This document shows, in pieces, positions 44,368-57,223 of a stretch of 64,000 bases of DNA. The translations under genes and the position numbers were made by a program. The notes under the pieces were generated by a model. That model did not search any database. It was not told the DNA's origin and saw only the letters and a list, made by a program, of their open reading frames with translations. Numbering within the stretch: position 1 is the stretch's first letter; every line of letters begins with the position of its first letter. The DNA is taken from sequence record OP380601.1; one strand, written 5' to 3'.

Positions 44368-45168
44368 ATGTTCAATGAAAATCTTTTTGCTCGTCTTGAA
44401 AACGGTACTGGATATGAAGATGACACAAACAAGAAAGAAATTTTAAACCCTCATATGAACAACTATCAATATGGATATTCTCAAGCATTTGCAAGACAAT
44501 TAATATCCGAATCTATACAGATGAAAGGTATTGAAGTTTATTATATGAGAAGAGAGTTTGTAAAGCTGGACCTTCTATTTGGTGAAGATATGCAATCCAA
44601 ATTTAACAAAGCATATCGAGTCGCAATGTATCTTGATAGTTTTGAAGGTTATGAGGGTCGTCAGGAATTCTTTTCCAAATTTGGTATGAGTGTTAATGAT
44701 GAAGCACAATTCACGATTTCACCTGAGTTGTTCAATAGACAAGCTGATGGTGATAAAGCGAGAGAAGGTGACTTAATATACTTCCCTATGAATAACGCGA
44801 TTTTTGAGGTTACTTGGGTTGAGCCAAACAATCCATTCTTCCAAATGGGTCAAGAAACTCAATATAAAATAACAGCTCAGAAATTTATTTATTCTGGTGA
44901 GGAACTTAAACCCGAGTTTAATCCTTCTGATTTTGTAATGGATGATGTATTAAATCCAATTAGAAATCTAGATAAACGAGTCGATACATCTATTATCGAA
45001 TATGAGGAAGATGACTTTATATCCGATGAGGCTGACGATTTTGTAGATGATTTTGATACAATAATCGGAACTGGGTTACCGATAGCAACCGCACCATTTA
45101 AACCTTGGGTTGAATATAAACCACAAGATCCTTGTGAAAACAAAGAGAAAGAGTGGGGCTTTGATTAA
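44368..45168 (+). CDS. gp14: neck protein
   Basis: ESIQMKGIEVYYMRRE; FFSKFGMSVNDE; EGDLIYFPM. Confidence 0.95.
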   Translation: MFNENLFARLENGTGYEDDTNKKEILNPHMNNYQYGYSQAFARQLISESIQMKGIEVYYMRREFVKLDLLFGEDMQSKFNKAYRVAMYLDSFEGYEGRQEFFSKFGMSVNDEAQFTISPELFNRQADGDKAREGDLIYFPMNNAIFEVTWVEPNNPFFQMGQETQYKITAQKFIYSGEELKPEFNPSDFVMDDVLNPIRNLDKRVDTSIIEYEEDDFISDEADDFVDDFDTIIGTGLPIATAPFKPWVEYKPQDPCENKEKEWGFD

Positions 45169-45223
45169 AACTTTAATGTGGGGATATTTTATATCCCCTA
45201 AATAATAATAAAGGGGAACTCAT

Positions 45224-46048
45224 ATGTTTGGTTATAATTATAATAGTTCTATGAGACGATATTCGATACTCCTTATGGATTTATTGAGTGGTGTTCAAGT
45301 AGAAAGAGAACGAGATGGTATAAAATATTACAATAAAGTACCTCTAACTTATGCATCAAAAGAAAGATTTGTTACTAAGATAAACAGTGAATTTAACAAT
45401 ATGCGGGATGGTGATATTGCCAGAGGGGAAACAATACTTCCTAGAATTGGTGTCCACATGGTAGATATGAACTATAACGGACAGTACAAAACTGCTATGA
45501 ACGTTAGAAACATTAATGAGAAGTGTGGGAAATCTTATATGATTTTCAACCCAGTTCCATATAAGTTTATGTATGAGGTATCAATCGTTACTAGATACGA
45601 GACGGATATGTTAACCATCGTAGAACAGATATTACCTTATTTTCAACCGAATTTTGTCTGCAAGATAACAGAGATGCATGACAAAGTAACTCCGGTAGAA
45701 CGGGATATCCAGATTACATTTCAGTCAGTAGCTATGGAAGAAAGTGTTGTTGGGGATCGTTCCGAACGTAGAAGATTAGAATGGACTTTGATTTTTGAAC
45801 TTGACGGTTGGCTGTATGCGAACTTTGCAGATCTTAAAGGTGAAATCAGAACAACGTATCTAGATTTTAATGGGAATATGAAACCTCTATCTGTTGGAGA
45901 TTCATATTTTGAATCTGCGGATAGTCAAGTAGTTCCATTAGATATTCAAAAACCTGATTGGGATGGTTCATATATAGAAACAATGTCGCATAGTATACCT
46001 ATTCCGGTGGATCCTGTTCCGCCAGCACCAAGAGAGAATAATCCATGA
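45224..46048 (+). CDS. gp15: tail sheath stabilizer / terminator
   Basis: MFGYNYNSSMRRY; KVPLTYASKE; EQILPYFQP. Confidence 0.95.
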   Translation: MFGYNYNSSMRRYSILLMDLLSGVQVERERDGIKYYNKVPLTYASKERFVTKINSEFNNMRDGDIARGETILPRIGVHMVDMNYNGQYKTAMNVRNINEKCGKSYMIFNPVPYKFMYEVSIVTRYETDMLTIVEQILPYFQPNFVCKITEMHDKVTPVERDIQITFQSVAMEESVVGDRSERRRLEWTLIFELDGWLYANFADLKGEIRTTYLDFNGNMKPLSVGDSYFESADSQVVPLDIQKPDWDGSYIETMSHSIPIPVDPVPPAPRENNP

Positions 46049-46540
46049 GAGATTTAGATATGAAAAGTCTTTTAGACACTTCTGGATTACCAGGATTTGA
46101 TGGTGGGGACGTAGTAGTTTACGAACCCACAGTTTTGGTCGATGTAGTATCAAATCCGGTGGAACGTGTTCAAGACCTTGCAGATGATTATAGTCTTGCC
46201 CGTAAGTCTATAAACCAGCAACAACAAATGATGATGGCTATGGCTGCTATCGCATTAGAAAATGCAAAAAACTCGGAAAGTCCTAACCAAGTAAATGCTT
46301 TTGTTAGTCTTATGACTGCGATGACAGCAAACACTAAAGAGATATTAAGACTCCATAAAGAAATGGATGCAATTACATCTGAGAAAACGAAAGCTGGTAC
46401 TCCTACTAAGAAAGAAGACTCTATTAATATTGAGAATGCTACCGTTTTTGTTGGAACACCATCAGAATTGATGATGAAGGAAGGAACTCAAACACAAGCG
46501 AAATCCCTTATTATTGATGGCGAGTCTGAAGAGGTTCAAG

Positions 46541-46551
<11 letters not shown>
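46045..46551 (+). CDS. gp16: terminase small subunit
   Basis: SNPVERVQDLADDYSLAR; ALENAKNSESP; VFVGTPSELM. Confidence 0.9.
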
Positions 46552-48774
<2,223 letters not shown>

Positions 48775-48787
48775 AAGGAAAATAAAA

Positions 48788-50824
48788 ATGGCATTACTTT
48801 CTCCCGGCGTAGAAGCCAAAGAGATTAATATGCAGGTTACTATTGCCCGTTCTTCTACAGGACGGGCAGCACTCGCCGGTAAATTCCAGTGGGGGCCTGC
48901 TTATCAAGTCTCTCAAGTGGTTTCAGAACCAGATCTAATAGATCGTTTTGGTCGCCCTGATAACCAAACCGCTGATAGTGTATTCAGTGGAATAAACTTC
49001 CTGAACTACGGTAACGATCTTCGTCTAGTCCGTATTCTGGATAGTGTGAATGCTCGAAACTCTAGCCCATTATTTGACACGGTAGATTTTACAATTACAT
49101 CTCCCGGTGTGGATTACCGTATTGGAGATGACGTTAAAATTCTTCAAAATGGTGTTTCCATCACAACTGGTAAAGTTAGTGCGGTAAACTCAACTGGGGG
49201 TGTTGAATTCGTTACTTTCAAATCTGCCGAAGTTGTGGCAAAAGCAAAAGAGCTTAATGATTACCCAGACCTCCAGAATGGATGGCAAATGCAATTTACC
49301 TCCGGTGGACCCGGAGCTGGTCAAAGTGCTACTGGTGTTCTAAATGGTATTTCCCAAGATAGTAATATCTTCATATCAAATGACGAATACGCTAGAGAAT
49401 CACTACTTAGACGAGATCAAAATAGTGATACATATATCGATATGTGTGAAAAGTATAAAATCCCTGTAATTGCATCACGCTATGCTGGTGATAAAGGCGA
49501 TAATATACAAGTTGCATTTATTGCTTATAAGGACTATTACAAATTTGGAGTTGATGGAAAACCAACTACAGTTAATACTGTCAATTTGGATACATTCCCG
49601 TCCGGTCTTAAATTTGGAAATATAACCCCAAGCTCTTATCTGGAATATGGTCCACAAACCAAAGACCAGTTTGCAATGATTGTATTCATGGGCGGTTCTG
49701 CTGTAGAAGCTCGCGTATTGTCAACTAAAGAATCAGATAGAGATATATATGGTTCTAGTATACATATCGATGAATTCTTTGTAAACGGATATTCTACATT
49801 CGTTCAAGGTGTTTCTGAAAGCTGGCCCGCTGAATTCTCCGGTATTCTGACATTCGGCGGCGGATCTAGTGGTAACGATTCTGCAAGTGCTGGGGATTGG
49901 ATCACTGGTTGGGATATGTTTTCTGATCGCGAACACGTAGACGTAAACCTGTTCATTGCTGGTTCTTGTGCTGGTGAAGGTGCAGAAACTGCATCTACCG
50001 TACAAAAATCGGTAGCTGCTATATGTGATGAGCGTCAGGATTGTTTGGGTTGGATTAGTCCACCTCGGGAATATATGATCAATCTACCGGTTGCAACTGC
50101 GGTTGCTAAAGTAGTTGAATGGCGTAAAGGTCTGACTAATAGCGGTGCGGTTGTAGATAACAACATGAATATAGGTACAACCTATAGTTCTGCTGCTGCC
50201 AACTACAAGTATCAATACGATAAGTATAATGATACTAACCGTTGGATCCCACTATCTGCTGACTTGGCTGGATTGTGCGCACGTACAGACACAGTATCAC
50301 AACCGTGGATGAGTCCTGCCGGTTTCAACCGTGGACAGATCAAGAACGTTCGTAAGTTGGCTATAGAAACTCGCCAGTCTCATCGCGATGAGCTGTATCA
50401 GAACAGTCTAAACGCGGTTGTGGGCTTCCCAGGTCAAGGATTTATCCTTTATGGTGATAAGACAATGAGCTTAGCACCAACTCCGTTTGACCGTATCAAC
50501 GTTCGTAGATTGTTTAACCTGTTGAAAAAATCAATTTCTGAAAGCGCAAAATACAAACTGTTTGAAAATAACGATGCGTTCACCCGTTCGTCTTTCCGTA
50601 GTGAAGTTAATTCTTATCTGGATTCTATTAAGAGCCTTGGTGGAATTTATGACTTCTTGGTTATCTGTGATGAAACTAACAACACTCCGTCAGTCATTGA
50701 CCGTAACGAGTTTGTTGCAACCATCATGATCAAACCAGCACGTTCTATCAACTTCGTTACCCTGAACTTCTCGGCGGTAGGAACCGGTACTGATTTCGCA
50801 GAGCTTGTCGGCGCACCAGTATAA
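48788..50824 (+). CDS. gp18: tail sheath protein (start MALLSPG)
   Basis: LLSPGVE, GKFQWGP, WMSPAGFNRG, FDRINVRRLF. Confidence 0.97.
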   Translation: MALLSPGVEAKEINMQVTIARSSTGRAALAGKFQWGPAYQVSQVVSEPDLIDRFGRPDNQTADSVFSGINFLNYGNDLRLVRILDSVNARNSSPLFDTVDFTITSPGVDYRIGDDVKILQNGVSITTGKVSAVNSTGGVEFVTFKSAEVVAKAKELNDYPDLQNGWQMQFTSGGPGAGQSATGVLNGISQDSNIFISNDEYARESLLRRDQNSDTYIDMCEKYKIPVIASRYAGDKGDNIQVAFIAYKDYYKFGVDGKPTTVNTVNLDTFPSGLKFGNITPSSYLEYGPQTKDQFAMIVFMGGSAVEARVLSTKESDRDIYGSSIHIDEFFVNGYSTFVQGVSESWPAEFSGILTFGGGSSGNDSASAGDWITGWDMFSDREHVDVNLFIAGSCAGEGAETASTVQKSVAAICDERQDCLGWISPPREYMINLPVATAVAKVVEWRKGLTNSGAVVDNNMNIGTTYSSAAANYKYQYDKYNDTNRWIPLSADLAGLCARTDTVSQPWMSPAGFNRGQIKNVRKLAIETRQSHRDELYQNSLNAVVGFPGQGFILYGDKTMSLAPTPFDRINVRRLFNLLKKSISESAKYKLFENNDAFTRSSFRSEVNSYLDSIKSLGGIYDFLVICDETNNTPSVIDRNEFVATIMIKPARSINFVTLNFSAVGTGTDFAELVGAPV

Positions 50825-50879
50825 ACTAATATATGGGGTGTAACAACCCCATTAATCCATATTCTAAGAGGATTTTCTG

Positions 50880-51368
50880 ATGGATTTAACAGATGTTACA
50901 AGAGCATTCGGAAATGGTGACTTGGCTAGACCAAACCTTTTCGAAGTTGAGATCCCTTTTATGGGTGATTCGCTCAGATTTAAAGTAAAAGCGGCTTCTA
51001 TGCCTGCTGCTACAGTAGAGCCGGTAATTCTTGGCTATCAAAATAAGAAAATGAAACTTGCGGGTGACCGTACTTTTGATGATTGGACTATTACTGTATA
51101 TAACGACCCAGAACATAATACCCGCCAACAGTTTATAGAGTGGCAAAATCTTGCCCAATCTCTTGGTCGAAATATTAACGGTGAAGCGCCAGCTACCTAT
51201 AAAAAGGAAGCTACAGTTCACCAGTTAGATCGTGCTGGTAATCGTACTCGTTCTTATACCATATTTGGATTGTGGCCTTCACAAATTTCAGAACTCGCCC
51301 TTGATTGGGATACCGGTTCTGAAGTTGAAATGTTTGAAGTGGTAACAACTCTGGATTGGTGGGAATAA
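50880..51368 (+). CDS. gp19: tail tube protein
   Basis: GDLARPNLFEVEI; AGDRTFDDWTITVYND. Confidence 0.97.
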   Translation: MDLTDVTRAFGNGDLARPNLFEVEIPFMGDSLRFKVKAASMPAATVEPVILGYQNKKMKLAGDRTFDDWTITVYNDPEHNTRQQFIEWQNLAQSLGRNINGEAPATYKKEATVHQLDRAGNRTRSYTIFGLWPSQISELALDWDTGSEVEMFEVVTTLDWWE

Positions 51369-51459
51369 TAAAAAGGGTGTGGGGGTATTTTACTATATCC
51401 CCAATTCCTTTACTTTTTAACTACCCTAAATAATGTATATAAGTTAAGGAACACTCATA

Positions 51460-53037
51460 ATGGCAAATGGCTACTTCAATATGCTTAGTTTTTTAAAACC
51501 TTGGGCTAAAACCGAGGATAAAGAATTAAAGCAAGAACTTACATCGGGTATTGATAGTTTTGCCGCACCTGATAATCCAGACGGCGCAAACTCGATTGAT
51601 AGGAACGATGTTTCCGCACCAAATAAAGCATATCAAGCTTATGCTTTCGGGTCAAACCCACAAATTCAAAATACACGACAACTAGTTAACCAATATCGCA
51701 CACTTACAAATTATCACGAAGTTGATAATGCTATTGACGAAATAGTGAATGATGCGATAGTTCAGGAAGATGAAAAAGAGTGCGTGTCGATTAACCTTGA
51801 TTCCACCAAATGGAATGAAAGAGTTAAAAAGCTAGTTCAAGAAGAATTTAAAGAAGTTCTAAGACTCTATAACTTTGAAAAAGAAGGTAAGAGATTATTT
51901 AGACGTTGGTATGTGGATAGTAGAATATACTTTCATAAAATGATCGATCCTAATGATAAAAAAGGTGGGATTCGAGAACTTAGATTGCTAGATCCTAGAA
52001 CGGTTCAATTCCACCGAGAAAACTTCAAAGAAGATGAAAGTGGTTCGCAAGTATATAAGGGATATAGAGAATATTTTACATATTCCGGTGCGGAAAACTT
52101 CTTATTTAATAATATAAACACTTCTAATAACAACCAGATTATAATTCCTAAAGATGCTATGACATATGCACATAGTGGGAAGGTTTCTTGTGATGGTCGT
52201 TCTATAATTGGATATCTCCATGCTGCAATTAAACCAGCTAACCAATTAAAGATGTTAGAAGATGCGTTGGTTATATATCGTGTTACTCGTGCCCCAGAAC
52301 GTAGAATATTTTATATTGACGTTGGGAACATGCAGCCTAAAAAGGCGACCGAGCACGTAAACAAGGTAATGCAAGGATTCAAGAATAGAGTTATTTACGA
52401 CAGTTCCACTGGTAAAGTTAAAACTGCCTCAAACAACTTGAGTATGACCGAAGATTTTTGGTTGATGCGCCGTGATGGTAAAGCAACTACAGAGATATCT
52501 ACCCTTCCGGGTGCTCAATCTATGGGTGAAATGGACGATGTTCGTTGGTTTAACCGCAAACTGTTTGAAGCAATGAAAATACCACTAAGTCGTCTCCCTA
52601 TGGAATCTGGTGGAGTTACTTTTTCTTCTGGTGGAGATATCACACGGGACGAACTGCTATTCACTAAGATAGTTAGAGGGATGCAGCGTCAATTTGATAT
52701 GATTTTTTACGATCCTCTAATTACTAATCTTATTCTCAAAGGAATAATGACCCAAGAAGAATGGGATATAGAAAAAGAAAATATTCGTATTGTATATGCA
52801 AAAGATTCGTATTATGAAGAATTGAAGGACTTGGAAATTATGGAACGTAGAATAAACATTCTATCTATGATGACTCAGAACCAAATTACAGGAAGATATA
52901 TTTCTCACGATACTGTAATGAAAAATATTCTTAAAATGACGGATCAACAAATTGAAGAAGAAAGAATTAAGATTGACGAAGAATTGAAGGACCCCGTTTA
53001 CAGTCCACCTATTGACGACACTCTTGGTGATTTTTAA
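51460..53037 (+). CDS. gp20: portal protein
   Basis: LFRRWYVDSRIYFHK; LEDALVIYRVTRAPERRIFYIDVGN. Confidence 0.97.
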   Translation: MANGYFNMLSFLKPWAKTEDKELKQELTSGIDSFAAPDNPDGANSIDRNDVSAPNKAYQAYAFGSNPQIQNTRQLVNQYRTLTNYHEVDNAIDEIVNDAIVQEDEKECVSINLDSTKWNERVKKLVQEEFKEVLRLYNFEKEGKRLFRRWYVDSRIYFHKMIDPNDKKGGIRELRLLDPRTVQFHRENFKEDESGSQVYKGYREYFTYSGAENFLFNNINTSNNNQIIIPKDAMTYAHSGKVSCDGRSIIGYLHAAIKPANQLKMLEDALVIYRVTRAPERRIFYIDVGNMQPKKATEHVNKVMQGFKNRVIYDSSTGKVKTASNNLSMTEDFWLMRRDGKATTEISTLPGAQSMGEMDDVRWFNRKLFEAMKIPLSRLPMESGGVTFSSGGDITRDELLFTKIVRGMQRQFDMIFYDPLITNLILKGIMTQEEWDIEKENIRIVYAKDSYYEELKDLEIMERRINILSMMTQNQITGRYISHDTVMKNILKMTDQQIEEERIKIDEELKDPVYSPPIDDTLGDF

Positions 53038-53059
53038 CTACACTAAATAAAGGTATAGA

Positions 53060-53218
53060 ATGATGGAAGAATTTATTAATGCAGCGCAAAACGGCGATCT
53101 AATTGCCGCACGTTCCGCTTTTGAGAATGAAATGTTTTCTCGCATTGCTGCTAAGACTCAGGATATGCGGAATCATATTGGGGCAACTCTTGCCCCATTT
53201 GAGGATGACCAAGAATAA
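53060..53218 (+). CDS. gp67: prohead core protein (not in ORF track)
   Basis: MMEEFINAAQNGDLIAARSAFENEM resembles T4 gp67 MEGLIEAIKSNDLVAARKLF; late promoter at 53043-53049. Confidence 0.8.
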   Translation: MMEEFINAAQNGDLIAARSAFENEMFSRIAAKTQDMRNHIGATLAPFEDDQE

Positions 53219-53246
53219 CTTTTAACAACCCATAGGAAAAATAAAA

Positions 53247-53717
53247 ATGGAAAAAGATTTAGTTATTTCCAAATGGGGCGTAAAAGGATCTCGCGTTATT
53301 GAATCTGATCTTGAGTATGACATGCTCATGCAAGCAATTTCGGAATGTGTAGAGACTAAAACGCCTATAGCCAAGAAAATGATGGAAACTTTTGGAGACG
53401 ATGCAATTATTGTTGCCGAAAATATGATAGCTGATGACGCCATTGGTGCATTAGCGATTATATCTATCATTGAAGGAGAAGAAGATTTAAATGAGGTTCT
53501 AGTTAAGCGTGTAAACGCCGCTGGTGCGGTATCTCGGGTACACGACCGAGCTACCAGAGCACGTAGAGCCAGCCAAACAACTGGACTTAGCAAGAGTCAG
53601 CGCCGTCAGATTGCGCGTCATGCAGTTAAGACCAAACGGGCTAATCCTAGTATTCAAATTCGTGCCCGTAGAAAGTATAAAAAGGCAATGCGTAAGCGTG
53701 ACGCTATGGGGCTCTAA
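53247..53717 (+). CDS. gp68: prohead core protein
   Basis: EVLVKRVNAAG..RARRASQTTGLSKSQRRQIAR. Confidence 0.9.
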   Translation: MEKDLVISKWGVKGSRVIESDLEYDMLMQAISECVETKTPIAKKMMETFGDDAIIVAENMIADDAIGALAIISIIEGEEDLNEVLVKRVNAAGAVSRVHDRATRARRASQTTGLSKSQRRQIARHAVKTKRANPSIQIRARRKYKKAMRKRDAMGL

Positions 53718-53719
53718 TT

Positions 53720-54445
53720 ATGTTTGAAAATATTCTAGTAGAAAATTGGGAAGGGAGAGATAACGGTGTTCAATCAAATCCGATGCTTTTGATTGAACAT
53801 TGGAGTACCGAATATAGAACCACTAATGAAACTTTAACAGAAAAGAATGTTTCTGATATCCCATACAAAGGACAATACTTGGTTGAATCTTTCGATGATA
53901 AATCTACTGGCAACCTTTATATTGAAGGAATTTTCCTACAAGCAGAAGTACCTAATGGTAATGGGCGTATATATCCAAAAGCTATTATGGAAAAAGCGGT
54001 TGATAAATATATCAAAGAACAGGTTGCATCTAAACAATCTTTGGGTGAATTGAATCACCCCGGGGATCGGTCATATCCGGACCCATCAAAATCAGCTTTG
54101 GTAATAGAAAAGCTATGGTGGAAAGGTAATGATGTTTATGGTAGGGCTCGTATTGTAGAGGGCGATCATGCACATGGTGATAAAGTTGCTGCTTTAATTC
54201 GTGCTGGTTGGGTTCCTGGTGTATCTTCTCGCGGGTTGGGTTCACTAAAAAAGAATTCCCGTGGTTTAAACGAAGTTCAAGAGGGTTATAAACTCACAGT
54301 TGGCGTTGATGTTGTTTGGGGACCTAGTGCTCCGAATGCATATACCAATGCATATCGAGTTAATGAGTCAAAAACCCAAGAAAATAACACCCTAAATAAT
54401 TCAGATGAAGCAGTTATTGCTTTAATCGAAGCATTAAAGAATTAA
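53720..54445 (+). CDS. gp21: prohead protease
   Basis: LYIEGIFLQAE..NGRIYP; GELNHP; GVSSRGLGS; DVVWGPSAPNA. Confidence 0.95.
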   Translation: MFENILVENWEGRDNGVQSNPMLLIEHWSTEYRTTNETLTEKNVSDIPYKGQYLVESFDDKSTGNLYIEGIFLQAEVPNGNGRIYPKAIMEKAVDKYIKEQVASKQSLGELNHPGDRSYPDPSKSALVIEKLWWKGNDVYGRARIVEGDHAHGDKVAALIRAGWVPGVSSRGLGSLKKNSRGLNEVQEGYKLTVGVDVVWGPSAPNAYTNAYRVNESKTQENNTLNNSDEAVIALIEALKN

Positions 54446-54469
54446 CTTTAAAATAAGGAAAAACCCAAA

Positions 54470-55309
54470 ATGTCTATTAAAGACCAACTACTCAACGAAT
54501 CTAAAAAGATTGTCGTTGAAACTGATGCACTTTCTAAAGCACTAGAAAGTGTTCAACTGAGTGAAAGTGTTAAAGACACTCTGAATGAAGTGTTTCAAGC
54601 TAAAGTTCAAGTTGAATCTGCTCGTCTTGCAGAATCTCATATTGAGCAAATTGCCGCTAAAAGCGAAGCTCTAATTGAAGAAGCTGCCGCTGCTAAAATT
54701 GTAGATCTTACCAGCACAATCGATAGTTATTTTGAACATCTAACTGAACAGTTTATGGACGAAAATAAAGTAGCTATTGAGTCCGGTATTAAGTCTCAAT
54801 TGGCTGAATCCCTTCTGGCTTCTCTGAAAGAAGCATTTGTTTCCCATAATGTCCATATTCCTGAAGAGTCTATTGATGTTGTAGCAGAAATGGAATCCGA
54901 ACTTTCTGAAGCTCGCGATGAAATTAATACTCTTCTTACAAAAAATTCCGAACTTCTTGAATCTGTACAGAAACAAGAGCGCGGTAATATTATCGCTGAA
55001 GCAATTAAGGATCTTACTGTAGTTCAACAAGAACAAGTTCTTTCCCTGAGTGAAGGTATTTCTTTTGGTAAATCTGACCAATTTAAAACCCGTGTTGAAT
55101 CTCTCGTCGAAATGGTTGCTCAAAAAGTAGAGCCCACTTCAAAGCCTATTAATGAAGCCAGTGACGGTTTGAATTTTAAGGCAGATGAAGACGAAGAAAC
55201 TAAGGGTGATAAAAAGGAAGATAAAGACGCCAAAGATAAGAAAGACCCTAAAAAGAAACCTGAGAAGAAGATTGACGAATCCGTTGCCAATCTTATGAAT
55301 TGGATGTAA
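54470..55309 (+). CDS. gp22: prohead scaffold protein
   Basis: Acidic coiled coil between genes 21 and 23; AIESGIKSQLAESLL. Confidence 0.9.
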   Translation: MSIKDQLLNESKKIVVETDALSKALESVQLSESVKDTLNEVFQAKVQVESARLAESHIEQIAAKSEALIEEAAAAKIVDLTSTIDSYFEHLTEQFMDENKVAIESGIKSQLAESLLASLKEAFVSHNVHIPEESIDVVAEMESELSEARDEINTLLTKNSELLESVQKQERGNIIAEAIKDLTVVQQEQVLSLSEGISFGKSDQFKTRVESLVEMVAQKVEPTSKPINEASDGLNFKADEDEETKGDKKEDKDAKDKKDPKKKPEKKIDESVANLMNWM

Positions 55310-55432
55310 TCCAGCTTCGGGGTGTAATTATAAAATAAAGTATTTTTACACCCCTAAATATATTTGAAGGTGATGAGGAAATGGTTCTTCACTCCGAAAG
55401 TTTTATCTTAAAATCCAAAAGGAAAAATAAAA

Positions 55433-57115
55433 ATGTCTAAAGCTAATCTAATTGCTAAGTGGAAGCCGCTTCTGGAAAAAGAAGGCGCACCGGAAATTGC
55501 CTCTCTGAAGCGTAAGGATATCGTTGCGCGTCTGATGGAAAACCAACTGGTTGATATCAGCACCAACGAAGGTGGTATTTATACTGACCGTTCTGTAGTT
55601 GATTCTATGATTGACGTTGCCGGTCGTACCGCCCGTATCGCAGAAGCCAAAGCACTGCTGGACGAAGCTAAAGCTAATGCTGAAGCAAACGGTGAAAGTC
55701 TGAATGAAAGCCAACTGCAAGAAGTTCTGACCGAGGCTAACATCGTTGGCGACCACGGCTATGACGCTGTGAAGATTGCATCTGGTGAAGCTTCTGGTAA
55801 CATCACTACCGTGGGTCCTGCTGTTATGGGTCTGGCTCGTCGCGCTATCGCTAACCTGATCGCCTTTGATATCTGTGGTGTTCAGCCGATGGTAAGTTCT
55901 ACCGGTCAAGTGTTCACCCTCCGTGCTATCTACGGTGATGACGCTCTGGATGCCCAAGCTCGCGAAGCCTTCCATCCGATGTACGGTCCTGACGCAAGCT
56001 TCTCTGGTCGCGGTGCTACCAAGCCCCTGATTCCTGCGTTTGATAAGGATACCGCTTATAGCATTGGTGATCTGGCTCGCTTCCAACTTGACGAAGAAGT
56101 TGATAATTATTCTGCTTCAGGTACTAAGATCGTTCAGTTTATCGCTGCTTATGTTGCTGGTACGGCTACCGATGTTAAAACCGCTGGCTATCAGAAAGTG
56201 ATCGGTGACCGTCTGGCTGTTGAAATCGGTGAAGGTATGGCTACCTCTCTGGCAGAACTGCAAGAAAACTTTAACGGTTCTACTGATAACCCATGGAACG
56301 AAATGAGTTTCCGTATTGACAAGCAGGTTGTTGAAGCCAAAGCTCGTCAACTGAAAGCTCAATACTCCATCGAACTGGCGCAAGACCTGCGTAACGTTCA
56401 CGGTCTGGATGCTGATAGCGAACTGAGTTCTATTCTGGCTAACGAAATCATGCTGGAAATCAACCGCGAAATGATCCTGTGGATTAACGCCACTGCTCAA
56501 ATCGGTAAAACTGGTTGGACTAACAAGCATGGCGGCGCTACCGGCGTGTTTAACTTCGGTGACCCGAATGATGTACGTGGTGCTCGTTGGGCTGGTGAAA
56601 GTGCTAAGGCTCTGGTAACTCAGGTTGACAAAGAAGCTGCTGAAATCGGTCGTCAGACTGGTCGTGGTAATGGTAACTTTGTAATCTGTTCCCGTAACGT
56701 TGCAGTTATCCTTGGTTCTAGTGAGCAACTGATCAGCCCTGCTAATGCTGGTACAACTACCATGAATACCGATACCTCTGTATCTGTGTTCGCTGGTGTT
56801 CTGGCTGGTAAGTATCGTGTCTATATCGACCAGTACGCTGTAGAAGATTACTTTACTGTAGGTTACAAGGGTTCCAGTGAAATGGATGCCGGTATCTACT
56901 ACTGCCCATATGTACCGTTGACCCCGCTCCGTGGTACTGATCCTAAGTCCTTCCAGACCATTCTTGGCTTCAAGACTCGTTACGGTGTTAAACTACATCC
57001 GTTCGCTGATGGTGCTAAGAACCGTGGCTTTGATAAGATCAAGTCCGGTATGCCAAGTTCCGCAATCTTCGGTAAGAACTCTTTCTTCCGTAGAGTACGT
57101 GTTCTGGGTGCTTAA
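55433..57115 (+). CDS. gp23: major capsid protein
   Basis: KWKPLLE; IAFDICGVQPM; ARQLKAQYSIELAQDL; IYYCPYVPL; strong codon bias. Confidence 0.98.
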   Translation: MSKANLIAKWKPLLEKEGAPEIASLKRKDIVARLMENQLVDISTNEGGIYTDRSVVDSMIDVAGRTARIAEAKALLDEAKANAEANGESLNESQLQEVLTEANIVGDHGYDAVKIASGEASGNITTVGPAVMGLARRAIANLIAFDICGVQPMVSSTGQVFTLRAIYGDDALDAQAREAFHPMYGPDASFSGRGATKPLIPAFDKDTAYSIGDLARFQLDEEVDNYSASGTKIVQFIAAYVAGTATDVKTAGYQKVIGDRLAVEIGEGMATSLAELQENFNGSTDNPWNEMSFRIDKQVVEAKARQLKAQYSIELAQDLRNVHGLDADSELSSILANEIMLEINREMILWINATAQIGKTGWTNKHGGATGVFNFGDPNDVRGARWAGESAKALVTQVDKEAAEIGRQTGRGNGNFVICSRNVAVILGSSEQLISPANAGTTTMNTDTSVSVFAGVLAGKYRVYIDQYAVEDYFTVGYKGSSEMDAGIYYCPYVPLTPLRGTDPKSFQTILGFKTRYGVKLHPFADGAKNRGFDKIKSGMPSSAIFGKNSFFRRVRVLGA

Positions 57116-57129
57116 TATCTCCTGAAAAC

Positions 57130-57162
57130 AAAAAGGGTCTGCTTAATTGCAGACCCTTTTCT
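57130..57162 (+). terminator. intrinsic terminator
   Basis: AAAAGGGTCTGC/GCAGACCCTTTT. Confidence 0.8.
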
Positions 57163-57223
57163 TTTTATATGTTCCCTAAATAATTACAGTAAGGAACATT
57201 TAAACATATTGAGGAAAACCTAA

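Noticed and set aside
55448-56728. Two ~200-aa antisense ORFs inside gp23
   Set aside because: Expected stop-free shadow frames of a highly codon-biased gene
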